DNA from: an uncultured Dehalococcoidales bacterium
GTDB lineage: Bacteria; Chloroflexota; Dehalococcoidia; E44-bin15
Assembly (NCBI GenBank): GCA_964648675.1
Contig: CAZYLE010000004.1
Span: 1-27,023, forward strand
Direction: 5' to 3'
Length of the DNA stretch: 27,023 nt
Below the pieces are notes generated by a model that did no database searches, had not been told where the DNA came from, and saw only the letters and a program-made list of their open reading frames with translations. Positions 1-9,621 of the stretch are shown here, piece after piece (positions within the stretch are counted from its first letter, which is position 1; each line of letters opens with the position of its first letter). The position numbers and the translations under genes were made by a program.

Positions 1-130
1 GAGGCCAACCGTGCGGTTTTGCATCGGTTATCGCAATGCGTAATCGCCAAACGTCCAAGGCACTTGGGCTGCCAAAGCGAATTTTAGACACGCTATCACG
101 GGTGTTGATGAAGCATCCGTTATTTTATTC

Positions 131-667
131 TTATTGTGCACCAGAATCTTGCCATTCACTTGCAAGCATTCCATATATCACAAGGTCGACAAAGCGGTCA
201 TAAAGCCATTGTCCTTGCTGGATAACTCCTTCCTGTACAAATCCCAACCTTTCTGGAATTGCGCGACTCCTTTTGTTTTCGGCAGCACAATGTATCTCTA
301 CACGGTTTATGCCAAGCCCTGTAAATGAATGCTCTATCATAGCTCGACATGCCCTAGTCATTAGCCCACGGCCTTGAAAGCAAGCCCCGAGCCAATAGCC
401 TATGCTCGCCTTTCGATTTGGCTGGTCAATTGTGCCATAACCAATAACGCCGACCAAATTGCCGTTATACCAGATGCCAGATGCCGATTGCCCGAGAGAG
501 CTTCTTATGAACTCTTTGGAATCTTCAACAGACTTGTTGTCATCTGCCCATGTAAGCCACTCTCGTAAATACTCCCTATTGTGTTCTATCAAAGTGAACA
601 ACTCATCTGCGTCTTCTTCCACAAGCGCTCGAAGTTCCAAATCGTCGTCAATCTTGATACTAAACAT
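131..667 (-). CDS. GNAT acetyltransferase, RimJ/RimL family
   Basis: Motifs YWLG..FQGRGLMTRAC, NRVEIHCAAENKRSRAIPERLGF and D..IYGML. Start moved to ATG 667 (MFSIKIDD), which has AGGGAG upstream. Confidence 0.9.
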   Translation of the reverse strand: MFSIKIDDDLELRALVEEDADELFTLIEHNREYLREWLTWADDNKSVEDSKEFIRSSLGQSASGIWYNGNLVGVIGYGTIDQPNRKASIGYWLGACFQGRGLMTRACRAMIEHSFTGLGINRVEIHCAAENKRSRAIPERLGFVQEGVIQQGQWLYDRFVDLVIYGMLASEWQDSGAQ

Positions 668-834
668 ATTTCGTCTCCCTAAACGGCATACACACGACTT
701 CAATATAAATATGGGTCTTGTTGCCGCGGTATGCCGAGTCCACCCTTACCACCATAGACGTTTTGTGAAGCACAGGCATAAGAGTGTTTATACCCAGCCA
801 ACCTCTTAGTACATATCAAGCGTATTCAAGCCAT

Positions 835-1575
835 TTAGCTAACTAGCACCGACGCCTGTTGATCGAAAGGATTGGTTCTCATAGCAAGAGAGAAGAGGTA
901 CGGGTAGTTGTATCTAAGATGTTTCATGTACTGCAGCCACTCATGCACCAATAACACGTATGCCCTCCTTAGGTCAGTAGCGAGGTGTTTATAATCGGCC
1001 TGCGGCAACTGTGTCAAACCCTCCCTTTTTTCCAACTCCTCTGTCAAGTGGAAAACCCCTCGAAGAAGCTCGGAAAACGATTCATGTTCAAGCAAGGTCG
1101 GGTTTTCCAGCAGACGTAGCAAGAAACCTCTCTTGTTCTTGAGAAACGCCCGCAGTTCTCCCAATTCCACCCTTTGGATATCCACTTCGTAGTCGTATCT
1201 CCCAAGGCGTTTACTGATATCCAAGAACGTTTGCTCAGACCAATCGCCGGTAACAATAAGGTCCTTTCTAACTTCATCCAGCCTAGGGTCGTAGTCCGAA
1301 AAATACGCCAGGAGTGCCGTCCCAACTTCGCTGAAAAAGGCCCCTATGACCATATTCAACTTCTCCAGCCTGCTTCGCTTCTCCCTTCGACTAAGCACTC
1401 GGTGTATCACCAAGGTAACAAGAAGGACTTCTATAGGTATGAAAGCAATATCGCCCAGCATAAAGATGAAGATATGGTGGGGATCCCGGAAAACAGCGTA
1501 GTGTAAAAAATATAGCATCACAGACAACACAACCAAAGCTAGTGCCAGATTAATCAGCCAAGTAAATCGTTTCAT
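835..1575 (-). CDS. Hypothetical membrane protein: two N-terminal TM helices plus a helical cytoplasmic domain
   Basis: Hydrophobic segments WLINLALALVVLSVMLYFL and IFIFMLGDIAFIPIEVLLVTLVI, then a soluble domain. AGGAG lies 8 nt before ATG 1575. Confidence 0.7.
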   Translation of the reverse strand: MKRFTWLINLALALVVLSVMLYFLHYAVFRDPHHIFIFMLGDIAFIPIEVLLVTLVIHRVLSRREKRSRLEKLNMVIGAFFSEVGTALLAYFSDYDPRLDEVRKDLIVTGDWSEQTFLDISKRLGRYDYEVDIQRVELGELRAFLKNKRGFLLRLLENPTLLEHESFSELLRGVFHLTEELEKREGLTQLPQADYKHLATDLRRAYVLLVHEWLQYMKHLRYNYPYLFSLAMRTNPFDQQASVLVS

Positions 1576-1734
1576 CGTCATCACTCCTTATCGTGGTCTT
1601 CACATTTCCCTTGACGGAAGCAGTGGTGCTTTGCCAATCCAAATCAAAGTATCGGCTAGCAACCAAACGTTCGCCATGTTGTAAATCATCCTGTTGTGGC
1701 ACGCCACGTTCAACCTAATCCTTACTTAATGGGT

Positions 1735-2130
1735 CTACCTCACTCCCCAATAATCAATTTCCCTTCTCTGAATCTTGCGCTTTATTAAGTTACGAAGGCA
1801 TCTTCCAACAATACGCCTTGTCTGAGGAAGTAGCACCACGAAACCGACAATGTCTGTGATTATACCCGGCGTGAGCAAAAATAGACCACCAGCAAGAATC
1901 AAGGCACCTTCAAAGAGCTCGTTGGAGGGCATGATTCCTTGCTCCAAGCTACTGCGAATTCTGGAAAGAGTAGCCAACCCTTGATGCCTCGCCAGAATGG
2001 CTCCAACAATGCCCGTCACCACTACGATAAGTACGGTATACCAAACACCTATTATGGTTCCTAAATAAACGAGGATTGCCAACTCTACCAGCGGCGTAAC
2101 AACGAATAAGAGCATGAGTTTCCAAAGCAT
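1735..2130 (-). CDS. fxsA: FxsA family membrane protein
   Basis: P..ELAIL...G..IG.W.T, QG...L and GG..LLTPG..TD..G are FxsA signatures. Start moved to ATG 2130. Confidence 0.88.
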   Translation of the reverse strand: MLWKLMLLFVVTPLVELAILVYLGTIIGVWYTVLIVVVTGIVGAILARHQGLATLSRIRSSLEQGIMPSNELFEGALILAGGLFLLTPGIITDIVGFVVLLPQTRRIVGRCLRNLIKRKIQRREIDYWGVR

Positions 2131-2486
2131 CCTATCTCGGTTGTTCCTCCTCAGTCTCTTCCACCATCTCCCTCCAGGCACTACCCTAGTGTCTTCTTGC
2201 GGACCGTAGCGGGGGCATGCCCATTATCGATTCCCCCGTCACGAAAATCATTCTAACGGTTTCAATAAAAAAAATCATAGCGTTGTGCATTGACTCCCCA
2301 GGGAAACCCTAAGAAGGAACTTGCTCTTTAACGCAGAGATACCGCACTCAGTTCAAAGTGAAATAAACTCATCGATGCAACCATTAACATGATGCCAGTC
2401 GATGCAGTGGCTATTGAGTAGTGAGAGGCTATCGCCTCTAGCACAGAGCAGATGAATAGAGCCGTATTAGTGAGTCTATGGTATTT

Positions 2487-2687
2487 CTACTGTGCCCTGG
2501 TTCTTCTGCTGATAGCGGCAGCGATCGGCGCAACCACCAGCCACAGTGCTATTGTAATAACCATAGCATTGATATAGCCTATTCCCCCCAATCCTACCCA
2601 CGGAGCAACCAAGTTCCAAAATAGCATGGTCAACAGAGAGCTAAAGAAGAAGCCGAAAACAGCAGTGGGGATAGCAAAATAACCCAT
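2487..2687 (-). CDS. Small (66 aa) two-TM membrane protein, unknown function
   Basis: Strong RBS AAGGAGGT ahead of the ATG. Two hydrophobic helices and a basic C-terminal tail (RRTR). Confidence 0.75.
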   Translation of the reverse strand: MGYFAIPTAVFGFFFSSLLTMLFWNLVAPWVGLGGIGYINAMVITIALWLVVAPIAAAISRRTRAQ

Positions 2688-2839
2688 TACTTACCTCCTT
2701 ATACATCTTAATCAGGTGCCTCCCTTAAATGCGAAACGAGCCATATAGGATTCTGACTCATGAACTCCTAACTAAAGCCAGATCCCGTTCCTTTCCCTTT
2801 GCCAGCTTTGATACAAACAGCTAACAAAAGCTGAGGTTG

Positions 2840-5014
2840 TCATACGGCGCTAATATGTGCACTGCTATACTGTGCTATTAGCTCGGCGCTATGCATTACT
2901 TTGATATTGCTTTTACGCTTATCAAGGCCACCCCTGAGTTGGAGCACGCAGGGGGTACAGTTGGTAACCACTATATCGGCACCACTAGCTTCTATACTAT
3001 CTAGCTTTCGTTTCAATACTGAGTTAGATAATTCCGGGTATCTAAGCACAATATCACCGCCAAAGCCACAACAGGCATCAGACCCAGCCATCTCTACCAC
3101 CTCAAAGCCTTCACGTTCAAGCAGTTGTCTTGGTTCATTATATACACCAAGCCCCCTCTTCAAATAGCAAGGGTCATGGTAAGTGACCTTCTTATTTAAT
3201 GGAGGTCTCTTCTCTACCGAAGGAGTTAGTTCAAGAACCAGTTGCGAGAAATCGCGAATTTTACTTGACAGCGCTTTCGCTCGCTGGTTCCACTCTGGCT
3301 CAGTAGTGGTCAGGCGTGGATACTCCTGTTGTAGCATAACTGCACAGCCAGGACACACCGTAACGATATAATCAGGATTCATTTCTTCCAAAGCAGCGAT
3401 GTTCCTTTTAGCTAAGCTTAGCGCTGTTTCAGCATCGCCAGCAAACCACGCTGGAGCACCACAGCACGTTTGTCCTTGCGGATAATAAGGCTCAGCACCA
3501 CATTCCCGCAGAACCTTCATCACATCTTCACCAAGGTCGGGGTAGGCATAATCAGCCACACAGCCGGCATAGAAAGCTGCCCTAGGACTAACTCCAGCCC
3601 TGGGCGATGATAAATCCTTCAACCTGTCACGTAATGGACTATTTGACAGCGCGGGAAGGCTGATAGTCCTGGCCAGCGAATCCAATGGATAAGGAAGGTG
3701 TCTTGTCATAGAGTCTTTATCGGTGAAAGGCCGTTGCAGATAGGAACCAGCTCTTATTGCGCTATCCAATCGCTCTGGGTGTTTCAGGATGCCTCGGTAT
3801 GCCATTTTGCCTCTCCATGACAAGCCCTCTTCTGCCACAAACCTAGCCTTTAACTGGGCTATCATTTGCGGTATATCGATACAAGCTGGGCAGACTTCCT
3901 TGCAGGCCATGCATCCCATGCATAGGCTAGCTGGATCCTTTGCCTTATCCATGCCATGTAGGAAGGCAGTCAAGACAGCGCCAATCCCACCCTGATAGAT
4001 GTACCCATATGTTTGTCCAGCGACTGATTGAAAAACCGGGCAAACGTTGAGACAGGCACCGCATTTGATGCAGTATAGTGCCTCTCTGAACTCAGAGGAT
4101 TCTCTCGTTTGCCAGCGGCCATTGTCGACTAGTACGATATGCACCTCGATAGGACCTTGTGCACCGAGCGTTGTTGTCCCTGGAATAGCACTAGTAGTGC
4201 TGGGACCGGTAATATAAGAGACATAGATTGGCATTTTCATACCCATTGTGCTTCTGCTCAGTAGTCTCAGTATGGAGTCAGCATCTTCTAAACTCGAAAC
4301 CAACTTCTCATAGCCAACCAGCGCCACATGTACAGGAGGCAAAGTAGTCGCCATACAACCATTCGCTTCATTAGTCACGATGACTACAGTGCCAGTTTCA
4401 GCTATGGCGATATTGGCTCCTGAAATACCCATGTCTGCATTAATATAGAACTGCCTTAATGCGCGACGTGCTGCATTCAATAAAGCCTGAGGGTCAGGTT
4501 CCAGATGCTCACCCGTTCCTTCGGAGATAAGCTCAGCGACCTGTTCAATCGTTTTATGTATGGCTGGCCCCACCATATGCGCCGGCCTTTCCCCAGCTAG
4601 TTGTACGATCCATTCTCCAATGTCGGTTTCCTTTACCTCAACGCCAGCGTTCTCAAGATACTCCCTTAGCTCGAGCTCCTCAGTGAGCATGGATTTTGAT
4701 TTGACTATGTGTTTCACATGGCGTTCCTCTGCTAGCTTGAGTACATAGTTGTTGGCATCCTCGGCATCCCTTGCCTCATACACCACAGCGCCAGCCTCAG
4801 CAGCTTCAGTCTTAAATTGCTCCACTAACTGAGGTAGGTTGGCAATCGATTTCTCCTTCACGCGATGAATTTCTTTGCTTAAAGCATCAAAATCAATGCC
4901 CTCCAGTGCCATTTGGCGCACTATATTTAGGAGAGGTATCAATCTACCAAGAGCACTCTGCAGATTTTCATCTGTCAGCGCTTCATGTACACGCTTCGCC
5001 ATTTCCCTGCTCAT
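2840..5014 (-). CDS. lutB: LutB/LldF-LutA/LldE-type fusion: LUD domain + 2x[4Fe-4S] + two CCG domains (lactate/2-hydroxyacid dehydrogenase)
   Basis: KSKSM.TEE, ETDIGEWIVQL, HMVGPAIH, GANIAIAETG, CIKCGACLNVCP and CMGCMACKEVCP, followed by two CCG repeats (TCCGAP...CPGC; YHDPC...CCGFGG...NCTPC). Confidence 0.88.
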   Translation of the reverse strand: MSREMAKRVHEALTDENLQSALGRLIPLLNIVRQMALEGIDFDALSKEIHRVKEKSIANLPQLVEQFKTEAAEAGAVVYEARDAEDANNYVLKLAEERHVKHIVKSKSMLTEELELREYLENAGVEVKETDIGEWIVQLAGERPAHMVGPAIHKTIEQVAELISEGTGEHLEPDPQALLNAARRALRQFYINADMGISGANIAIAETGTVVIVTNEANGCMATTLPPVHVALVGYEKLVSSLEDADSILRLLSRSTMGMKMPIYVSYITGPSTTSAIPGTTTLGAQGPIEVHIVLVDNGRWQTRESSEFREALYCIKCGACLNVCPVFQSVAGQTYGYIYQGGIGAVLTAFLHGMDKAKDPASLCMGCMACKEVCPACIDIPQMIAQLKARFVAEEGLSWRGKMAYRGILKHPERLDSAIRAGSYLQRPFTDKDSMTRHLPYPLDSLARTISLPALSNSPLRDRLKDLSSPRAGVSPRAAFYAGCVADYAYPDLGEDVMKVLRECGAEPYYPQGQTCCGAPAWFAGDAETALSLAKRNIAALEEMNPDYIVTVCPGCAVMLQQEYPRLTTTEPEWNQRAKALSSKIRDFSQLVLELTPSVEKRPPLNKKVTYHDPCYLKRGLGVYNEPRQLLEREGFEVVEMAGSDACCGFGGDIVLRYPELSNSVLKRKLDSIEASGADIVVTNCTPCVLQLRGGLDKRKSNIKVMHSAELIAQYSSAHISAV

Positions 5015-5068
5015 GTCTCCGCCTCACACTACACAGCTATAGCCCCTACCTGAACTTTATGCGCCCTA

Positions 5069-5812
5069 TCATTTACTTGCAGCCTTACTTACTAGTAAAA
5101 TATGCTCTTCATCGGGACCTTGAGCCCTAGCCATCAACGCCTTTGGTATATCAGCGGTAGTGTTTCTACCGGTGATATAAGTGACATAGCTCGGCATTTT
5201 CCTATCCATCATGGTTCTGCTAAGCAGTTTAAGCCTGACAGTGGCATCTTCCATAGTTGAGACTAACTCTTCGCAGCCAACCATGGTTACATGTATACGA
5301 GGCAAAACAGCGACCAAGCGCTCATTCCCTTCGTTGCCCACAATGATTAAAGTCCCGGTTTCAGCTATGGCAATGCTAGCTTCCGAAATGCCCATATCTG
5401 CACTCAGATATAACTTTTTCAACGCCCGACGTACGGCACCTAATACAGCCCGAGGGTCAGGTTCCAGTTGCTCACCAGTCCGTTCAGAGATAAGTTCAGC
5501 GACCTGCTCAATGGTTTCATATGGGGCAGAGCCTGCCATCTGCGCCGGTCTTCCCCCAGCTAGCTGGACGATCCATTCTCCGATGTCGGTTTCCTTTACT
5601 TCGATGCCACCATTTTCAAGGTGCGCCTTTAACCCCATTTTCTCCGCCAGCACTGATTTTGACTTGACTATAAGCTTCACACTACGTTCCTGTGCCAGTT
5701 TCAACACATAATCATTGGCATCCGCGGCATCTTTGGCTTCATAGACCAGGGCGCCAGCGTTAGCAGCCCCCGTTTTAAATTGCTCCACAAGTTCTGCAGC
5801 TCCCATAGCCAT
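5069..5812 (-). CDS. Stand-alone LUD-domain protein, paralog of the adjacent LutB N-terminus
   Basis: Collinear with the LutB LUD domain (43 of the first 60 aligned residues identical by hand count), with no Fe-S motifs. Start ATG 5812 follows GAGGGG. Confidence 0.85.
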   Translation of the reverse strand: MAMGAAELVEQFKTGAANAGALVYEAKDAADANDYVLKLAQERSVKLIVKSKSVLAEKMGLKAHLENGGIEVKETDIGEWIVQLAGGRPAQMAGSAPYETIEQVAELISERTGEQLEPDPRAVLGAVRRALKKLYLSADMGISEASIAIAETGTLIIVGNEGNERLVAVLPRIHVTMVGCEELVSTMEDATVRLKLLSRTMMDRKMPSYVTYITGRNTTADIPKALMARAQGPDEEHILLVSKAASK

Positions 5813-5871
5813 TTCCAAGACCCCCTCAACAAATTACAAAATAGTACGTACCACTTTATTCCTATAGGCCA

Positions 5872-6495
5872 TCACTGCTGCCGCTCGGCAAGCTCCATGC
5901 CCCTGCTGAAGGCCGTCATATTGGCCTCAAATTCCTTGAAGAAACTCTCTTGCAACACCGGCTCCAGCGACTCCTTGTCTAGCGGGAGGACACCAGAGCC
6001 AACAAGGGCGCCAATGAGGATTACATTGGCAAAGATAGGGTTTCCCATCCTTTGTGCTTCTTCGGTAGCATTTATTACCCATGTTTTAGCTGACAGCTCC
6101 TTGATGGTTTCCATGAGCTTATCCATGTTGGGATATTCAGCATCACCGCCGGTAACATCAATGGAATATATCGGCCTAGGATTCACTATAGTCATGACAT
6201 CGGGGTTACCAAACTGTCCCAGCATTCGCAAAGTTTCTACCGGCTCCATGCCGAGGATGACGTCAGCGCATCCGTCGGAGATAAATGGGCTACACTCAGT
6301 TTCCTTCGAAATTCTCATATGGCTCATGACGGCTCCACCCCGTTGGGACGCCCCATAGGTCTCCCCAATAGTCACATAGTAGCCTTGCCTTACCAGGGCA
6401 TTACCGATGAGCAGGGAGATTCTCACATTGCCTTGCCCACCAACGCCGGTAATTATTAGGTTAAGTGGCTCCTTCATTAGGGCTTTCGTCTTCAT
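5872..6495 (-). CDS. iorB: Indolepyruvate/aryl-2-oxoacid:ferredoxin oxidoreductase beta subunit
   Basis: GVGGQG, ETYGASQRGGAVMSHMRI, D..LGMEP.E and N..AF..G. ATGA overlap with iorA; RBS AGGAGG. Confidence 0.92.
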   Translation of the reverse strand: MKTKALMKEPLNLIITGVGGQGNVRISLLIGNALVRQGYYVTIGETYGASQRGGAVMSHMRISKETECSPFISDGCADVILGMEPVETLRMLGQFGNPDVMTIVNPRPIYSIDVTGGDAEYPNMDKLMETIKELSAKTWVINATEEAQRMGNPIFANVILIGALVGSGVLPLDKESLEPVLQESFFKEFEANMTAFSRGMELAERQQ

Positions 6496-8432
6496 GTTGC
6501 CTCCTTTACGATGGCTCCTCGTGGACATATATCTGCGCACACCCCACATCCGGTACATATGACCTCGTCTATCTTAGCCTTACCAATATCCGTATCCCAT
6601 ATCAATCCAGGGCAACGAAATACCCTGGTGCATAATCTGTCACAACCACAGGCCTCTCCAATACACACATCAGGATCAACATATACTTTATATGGGTTTT
6701 CCTTTTCCCTGTGGCTTCTTACCAGCTCGCACTCGCGTCGCATTATCACCACCTTAGCCCCGCCACCGTCCGCCATCATTTCCAGCAAGGTTGCAGTAGT
6801 ATCCTCAAGATCGAAGGGGTCGCAAATGACTACATGTGTCCCCAATGCGCCGCATAAAGCTTCCATGCTAACAACCTTTGTTACCTCCCCAGTAGCGGTC
6901 ACCCCGGTTCCAGGGTGAGGTTGGAAACCAGTCATGGCAGTAGCGCTGTTATCCAAGATAACAAGGATGAAATTCGCCTGATTGTACACCCCGTTTATCA
7001 GTGCCGGTATTGCGGCATGAAAGAACGTAGAGTCGCCGCATACAGCGAGCACCGGCTGGTTGAAACCGAACTGCCCCAATTTGCCAAGGCCGTTGGCCAC
7101 TCCCACCCCCGCTCCCATGCAATGCATCGTCCGCACCTGGAAAAAGCCCGCAGGTCCCAGTGCCATTGAGTAGCAGCCGATATCACCGGTAACAATTCCG
7201 TTGCGCCCATCCAGCTTAAGTGCATTCTTGATCGCCCAGAAGGTAGCACGATGAGCGCAACCAGGGCAAAAAGTCATCATCCGTTGGGGCACATATCTTC
7301 TTGAGGCTTCCTGTGCTTTCTTAGCATATTCAACGTCCCGCGGTTGATACGACAGCCCCATTATGCTTGTTATCGCTTTAATAACCATATCTGGGTTTAG
7401 CTCTCCATAAGCATTTATATCGCCAGAACGCTTGCCATAGAAGACCGGATGTGGGCCGTCAGGCGGCAGGTTGGCAACCAGTTCCATCACGCTTCGCTCC
7501 AGGAAGGGGTCGATCTCCTCAACCACAAGTACTTTATGCGATTTGCCCAGATGTCTTTCCACAAGTTTTTCTGGTAAGGGCCAAAGAGTGCCCAGTTTCA
7601 GGATGCCCACCTTGTCCTCCAGTTTCAATGCCTTCACCGCTTCCTGGGAGTACAGCCAGCAGCTACCACAGGTTATGATGAGCAAATCTGCTTTATCCGG
7701 ACCTATGTACCAATTGAAGGGTGATGATTCAAACTTTCCCCGCGCATTTTCCAACTTCACGTGCAGCAAAGCATGCCGCAATGCGCTCGGAACCGGCATA
7801 AACCTGGTCGGCATGACGTTCCGTGCATCGTGTACCTGATCGAAATATGCCTTCTGTTCCTTTTTAAGCAATTCACCCAGCTTTACATTGCCCCTAGCAT
7901 GGGCAATGCGAGTTACACTCCGCAGCATACAGATGGTGCCTAGCTCCTCCGAAAGCTCAAAGAGCCATTTTGTCATATCCTTGGCTTCCTGGAAGTTACC
8001 TGGCTCAAGTAACGGAATGTCTAACCATTTAGCTATGGGACGCGTGTCCTGTTCATTAGAACTGGAGATAGCGGAAGGATCATCGCAGCTAACAAGAACT
8101 AATCCCCCTTTACCTATACCAGTCATTACGAGATTTGCTAGAAAATCAGAAACGACATTTACCCCATTCTGCTTCATAGAGGCGATGGCTCGGATTCCAG
8201 CAAAGGAAGCGCCAGTAGCAGCCTCCATGGCCACTTTTTCATTTACCGACCACTGGGCGTAGATGCCCATCTTCTTGGCTACAGATGCCAGACTTTCCAT
8301 GATTTCTGACGAAGGCGTCCCGGGGTAGGCAGCAGCAAATCCTACCCCCGCTTCCAGTGCGCCACGGGCAATAGCTTCGTTACCAATAAAGAGCTGACTG
8401 GTACCAGGAGCATCTATGTCAATACTTGCCAT
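6492..8432 (-). CDS. iorA: Indolepyruvate/aryl-2-oxoacid:ferredoxin oxidoreductase alpha subunit
   Basis: GNEAIARG, YPGTPSSE, NEKVA.E, FCPGC.HR, GDIGC, TPP motif GDSTFFH...DN..TAMTG.QPHP and a C-terminal ferredoxin domain. Start ATG 8432 follows GGAGGTG. Confidence 0.93.
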   Translation of the reverse strand: MASIDIDAPGTSQLFIGNEAIARGALEAGVGFAAAYPGTPSSEIMESLASVAKKMGIYAQWSVNEKVAMEAATGASFAGIRAIASMKQNGVNVVSDFLANLVMTGIGKGGLVLVSCDDPSAISSSNEQDTRPIAKWLDIPLLEPGNFQEAKDMTKWLFELSEELGTICMLRSVTRIAHARGNVKLGELLKKEQKAYFDQVHDARNVMPTRFMPVPSALRHALLHVKLENARGKFESSPFNWYIGPDKADLLIITCGSCWLYSQEAVKALKLEDKVGILKLGTLWPLPEKLVERHLGKSHKVLVVEEIDPFLERSVMELVANLPPDGPHPVFYGKRSGDINAYGELNPDMVIKAITSIMGLSYQPRDVEYAKKAQEASRRYVPQRMMTFCPGCAHRATFWAIKNALKLDGRNGIVTGDIGCYSMALGPAGFFQVRTMHCMGAGVGVANGLGKLGQFGFNQPVLAVCGDSTFFHAAIPALINGVYNQANFILVILDNSATAMTGFQPHPGTGVTATGEVTKVVSMEALCGALGTHVVICDPFDLEDTTATLLEMMADGGGAKVVIMRRECELVRSHREKENPYKVYVDPDVCIGEACGCDRLCTRVFRCPGLIWDTDIGKAKIDEVICTGCGVCADICPRGAIVKEAT

Positions 8433-8463
8433 ATTATTCACCTCCCTAATCTGCTGTCCACCA

Positions 8464-9576
8464 TTAAGCCAGGAGCTTATCAACCATGCTCTTCGATAGC
8501 CCAATATAAAATAGGTCGCTTTTATCGCCACTCATTTTAACGATTTCCTCTACTGCCCTTTTCTTCTTTAGCAGCGCCGCCTCTTTCAGATGAGCTAGAT
8601 TCTGAGGTGGCAATCGGTCAACCTCAAGTTTACCCTTGGCCTTGGCCATCTCCACAAGCTCCGCACCAACATTGGTGCGGACAATGACAGTGTTCCAGCC
8701 TTCGATTCCCTCAACCGAGCCCACCGAGATATCAGCAAGCTCCGATGTCATGTCCAGGCAGTACCTGCATGTTGACATAATATATCTCCTGATCTGGTCC
8801 AATGGAAAAGAGACAATGCCGAACCGGGTATAGGCATCGAATCTATCTGCCGGAGGGGGCGGAATGTCGAACTTGATTACCTGCGGCAAGTCTAGGTTCT
8901 CCTCAAGGAAGTGATAAAATCCATCAGGAGATAAAGCCCAGGTACAAAACAGTCCAATCACCAGCTTTACATTACCAATACTTACTCTGTTCTGTTGTGG
9001 AGCTTTCTTCATCTTGGCCAGAGCCAGTGCCTGGCAGGGCATGACAACTACTCCCACCCTCTCTTCACTATCTGTAGGAATGCCGTTTAATGCCGCTAAT
9101 ACAGGGCAAGCCATGTAATTGGAGCCAGCGCATTGAAGCACCTCTTCCATATTACGAGCCAAGAAAGCCCTTGGTGTCTTATCACCGGATGTTTTTGACA
9201 TAACTGCTCCCTCAATGAGTCCCTCTGCCAGCGCCAGGGACAAGAGTGTGGTTACCGTTCCACCATATTGGGCCCTTTCCTTTATGCGTGCATCCTTTGA
9301 CCTTGCCATCAATACTTCCTTGGCAGTGCCTATTTCATCATCGCTATATGGTTTCCCAAAAACTAGCTGGCTGAGCGCGTCCATATCGGTGTATGTCCGT
9401 GGGCAATATTGATAACATTGGCCCTCTGCCAGAGTGCAATTGTCCAGAAGCACTATTCTGCCTTTGTAGGGGACCAGGTATGGACAACCACCAGCACACG
9501 CACCACATAGGGTGCATAATCCGGCATCGATTACTTCGTTGAACAGCTCCTTCGAGCCTTTTACTCTCGTATCCAT
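8464..9576 (-). CDS. FrhB/FdhB-family (F420-reducing beta subunit) flavoprotein with N-terminal ferredoxin domain, FpoF-like architecture
   Basis: N-terminal CTLCGACAGGCP and CYQYCP, then FrhB motifs GGTVTTLL, GSNY, PCQ, IGLFC and CRYC.D..SELADISVG. Confidence 0.88.
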   Translation of the reverse strand: MDTRVKGSKELFNEVIDAGLCTLCGACAGGCPYLVPYKGRIVLLDNCTLAEGQCYQYCPRTYTDMDALSQLVFGKPYSDDEIGTAKEVLMARSKDARIKERAQYGGTVTTLLSLALAEGLIEGAVMSKTSGDKTPRAFLARNMEEVLQCAGSNYMACPVLAALNGIPTDSEERVGVVVMPCQALALAKMKKAPQQNRVSIGNVKLVIGLFCTWALSPDGFYHFLEENLDLPQVIKFDIPPPPADRFDAYTRFGIVSFPLDQIRRYIMSTCRYCLDMTSELADISVGSVEGIEGWNTVIVRTNVGAELVEMAKAKGKLEVDRLPPQNLAHLKEAALLKKKRAVEEIVKMSGDKSDLFYIGLSKSMVDKLLA

Positions 9577-9621
9577 AACCTGCTCCTTTCGATTTCCACC
9601 CCGGCTGATGTATATTACAAT

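Noticed and set aside
2423-2438. Hairpin AGAGGC-TATC-GCCTCT as a riboswitch or terminator
   Set aside because: There is no U-tract and no match to riboswitch cores I can recognise.
5211-5711. Plus-strand ORFs antisense to real genes (also 5780-6358, 11898-12317, 13332-13922, 13971-14597 and 19305-19871)
   Set aside because: These are shadow frames: Ser/Ala/Pro-rich, without motifs, and opposite well-supported genes.
6492-8531. Longer N-termini of IorA (8531), IorB (6558), the radical SAM (18071), FxsA (2181) and the GNAT (703) given in the ORF track
   Set aside because: The extensions overlap neighbours or lack family similarity. Downstream ATGs have clear RBSs and match family starts.
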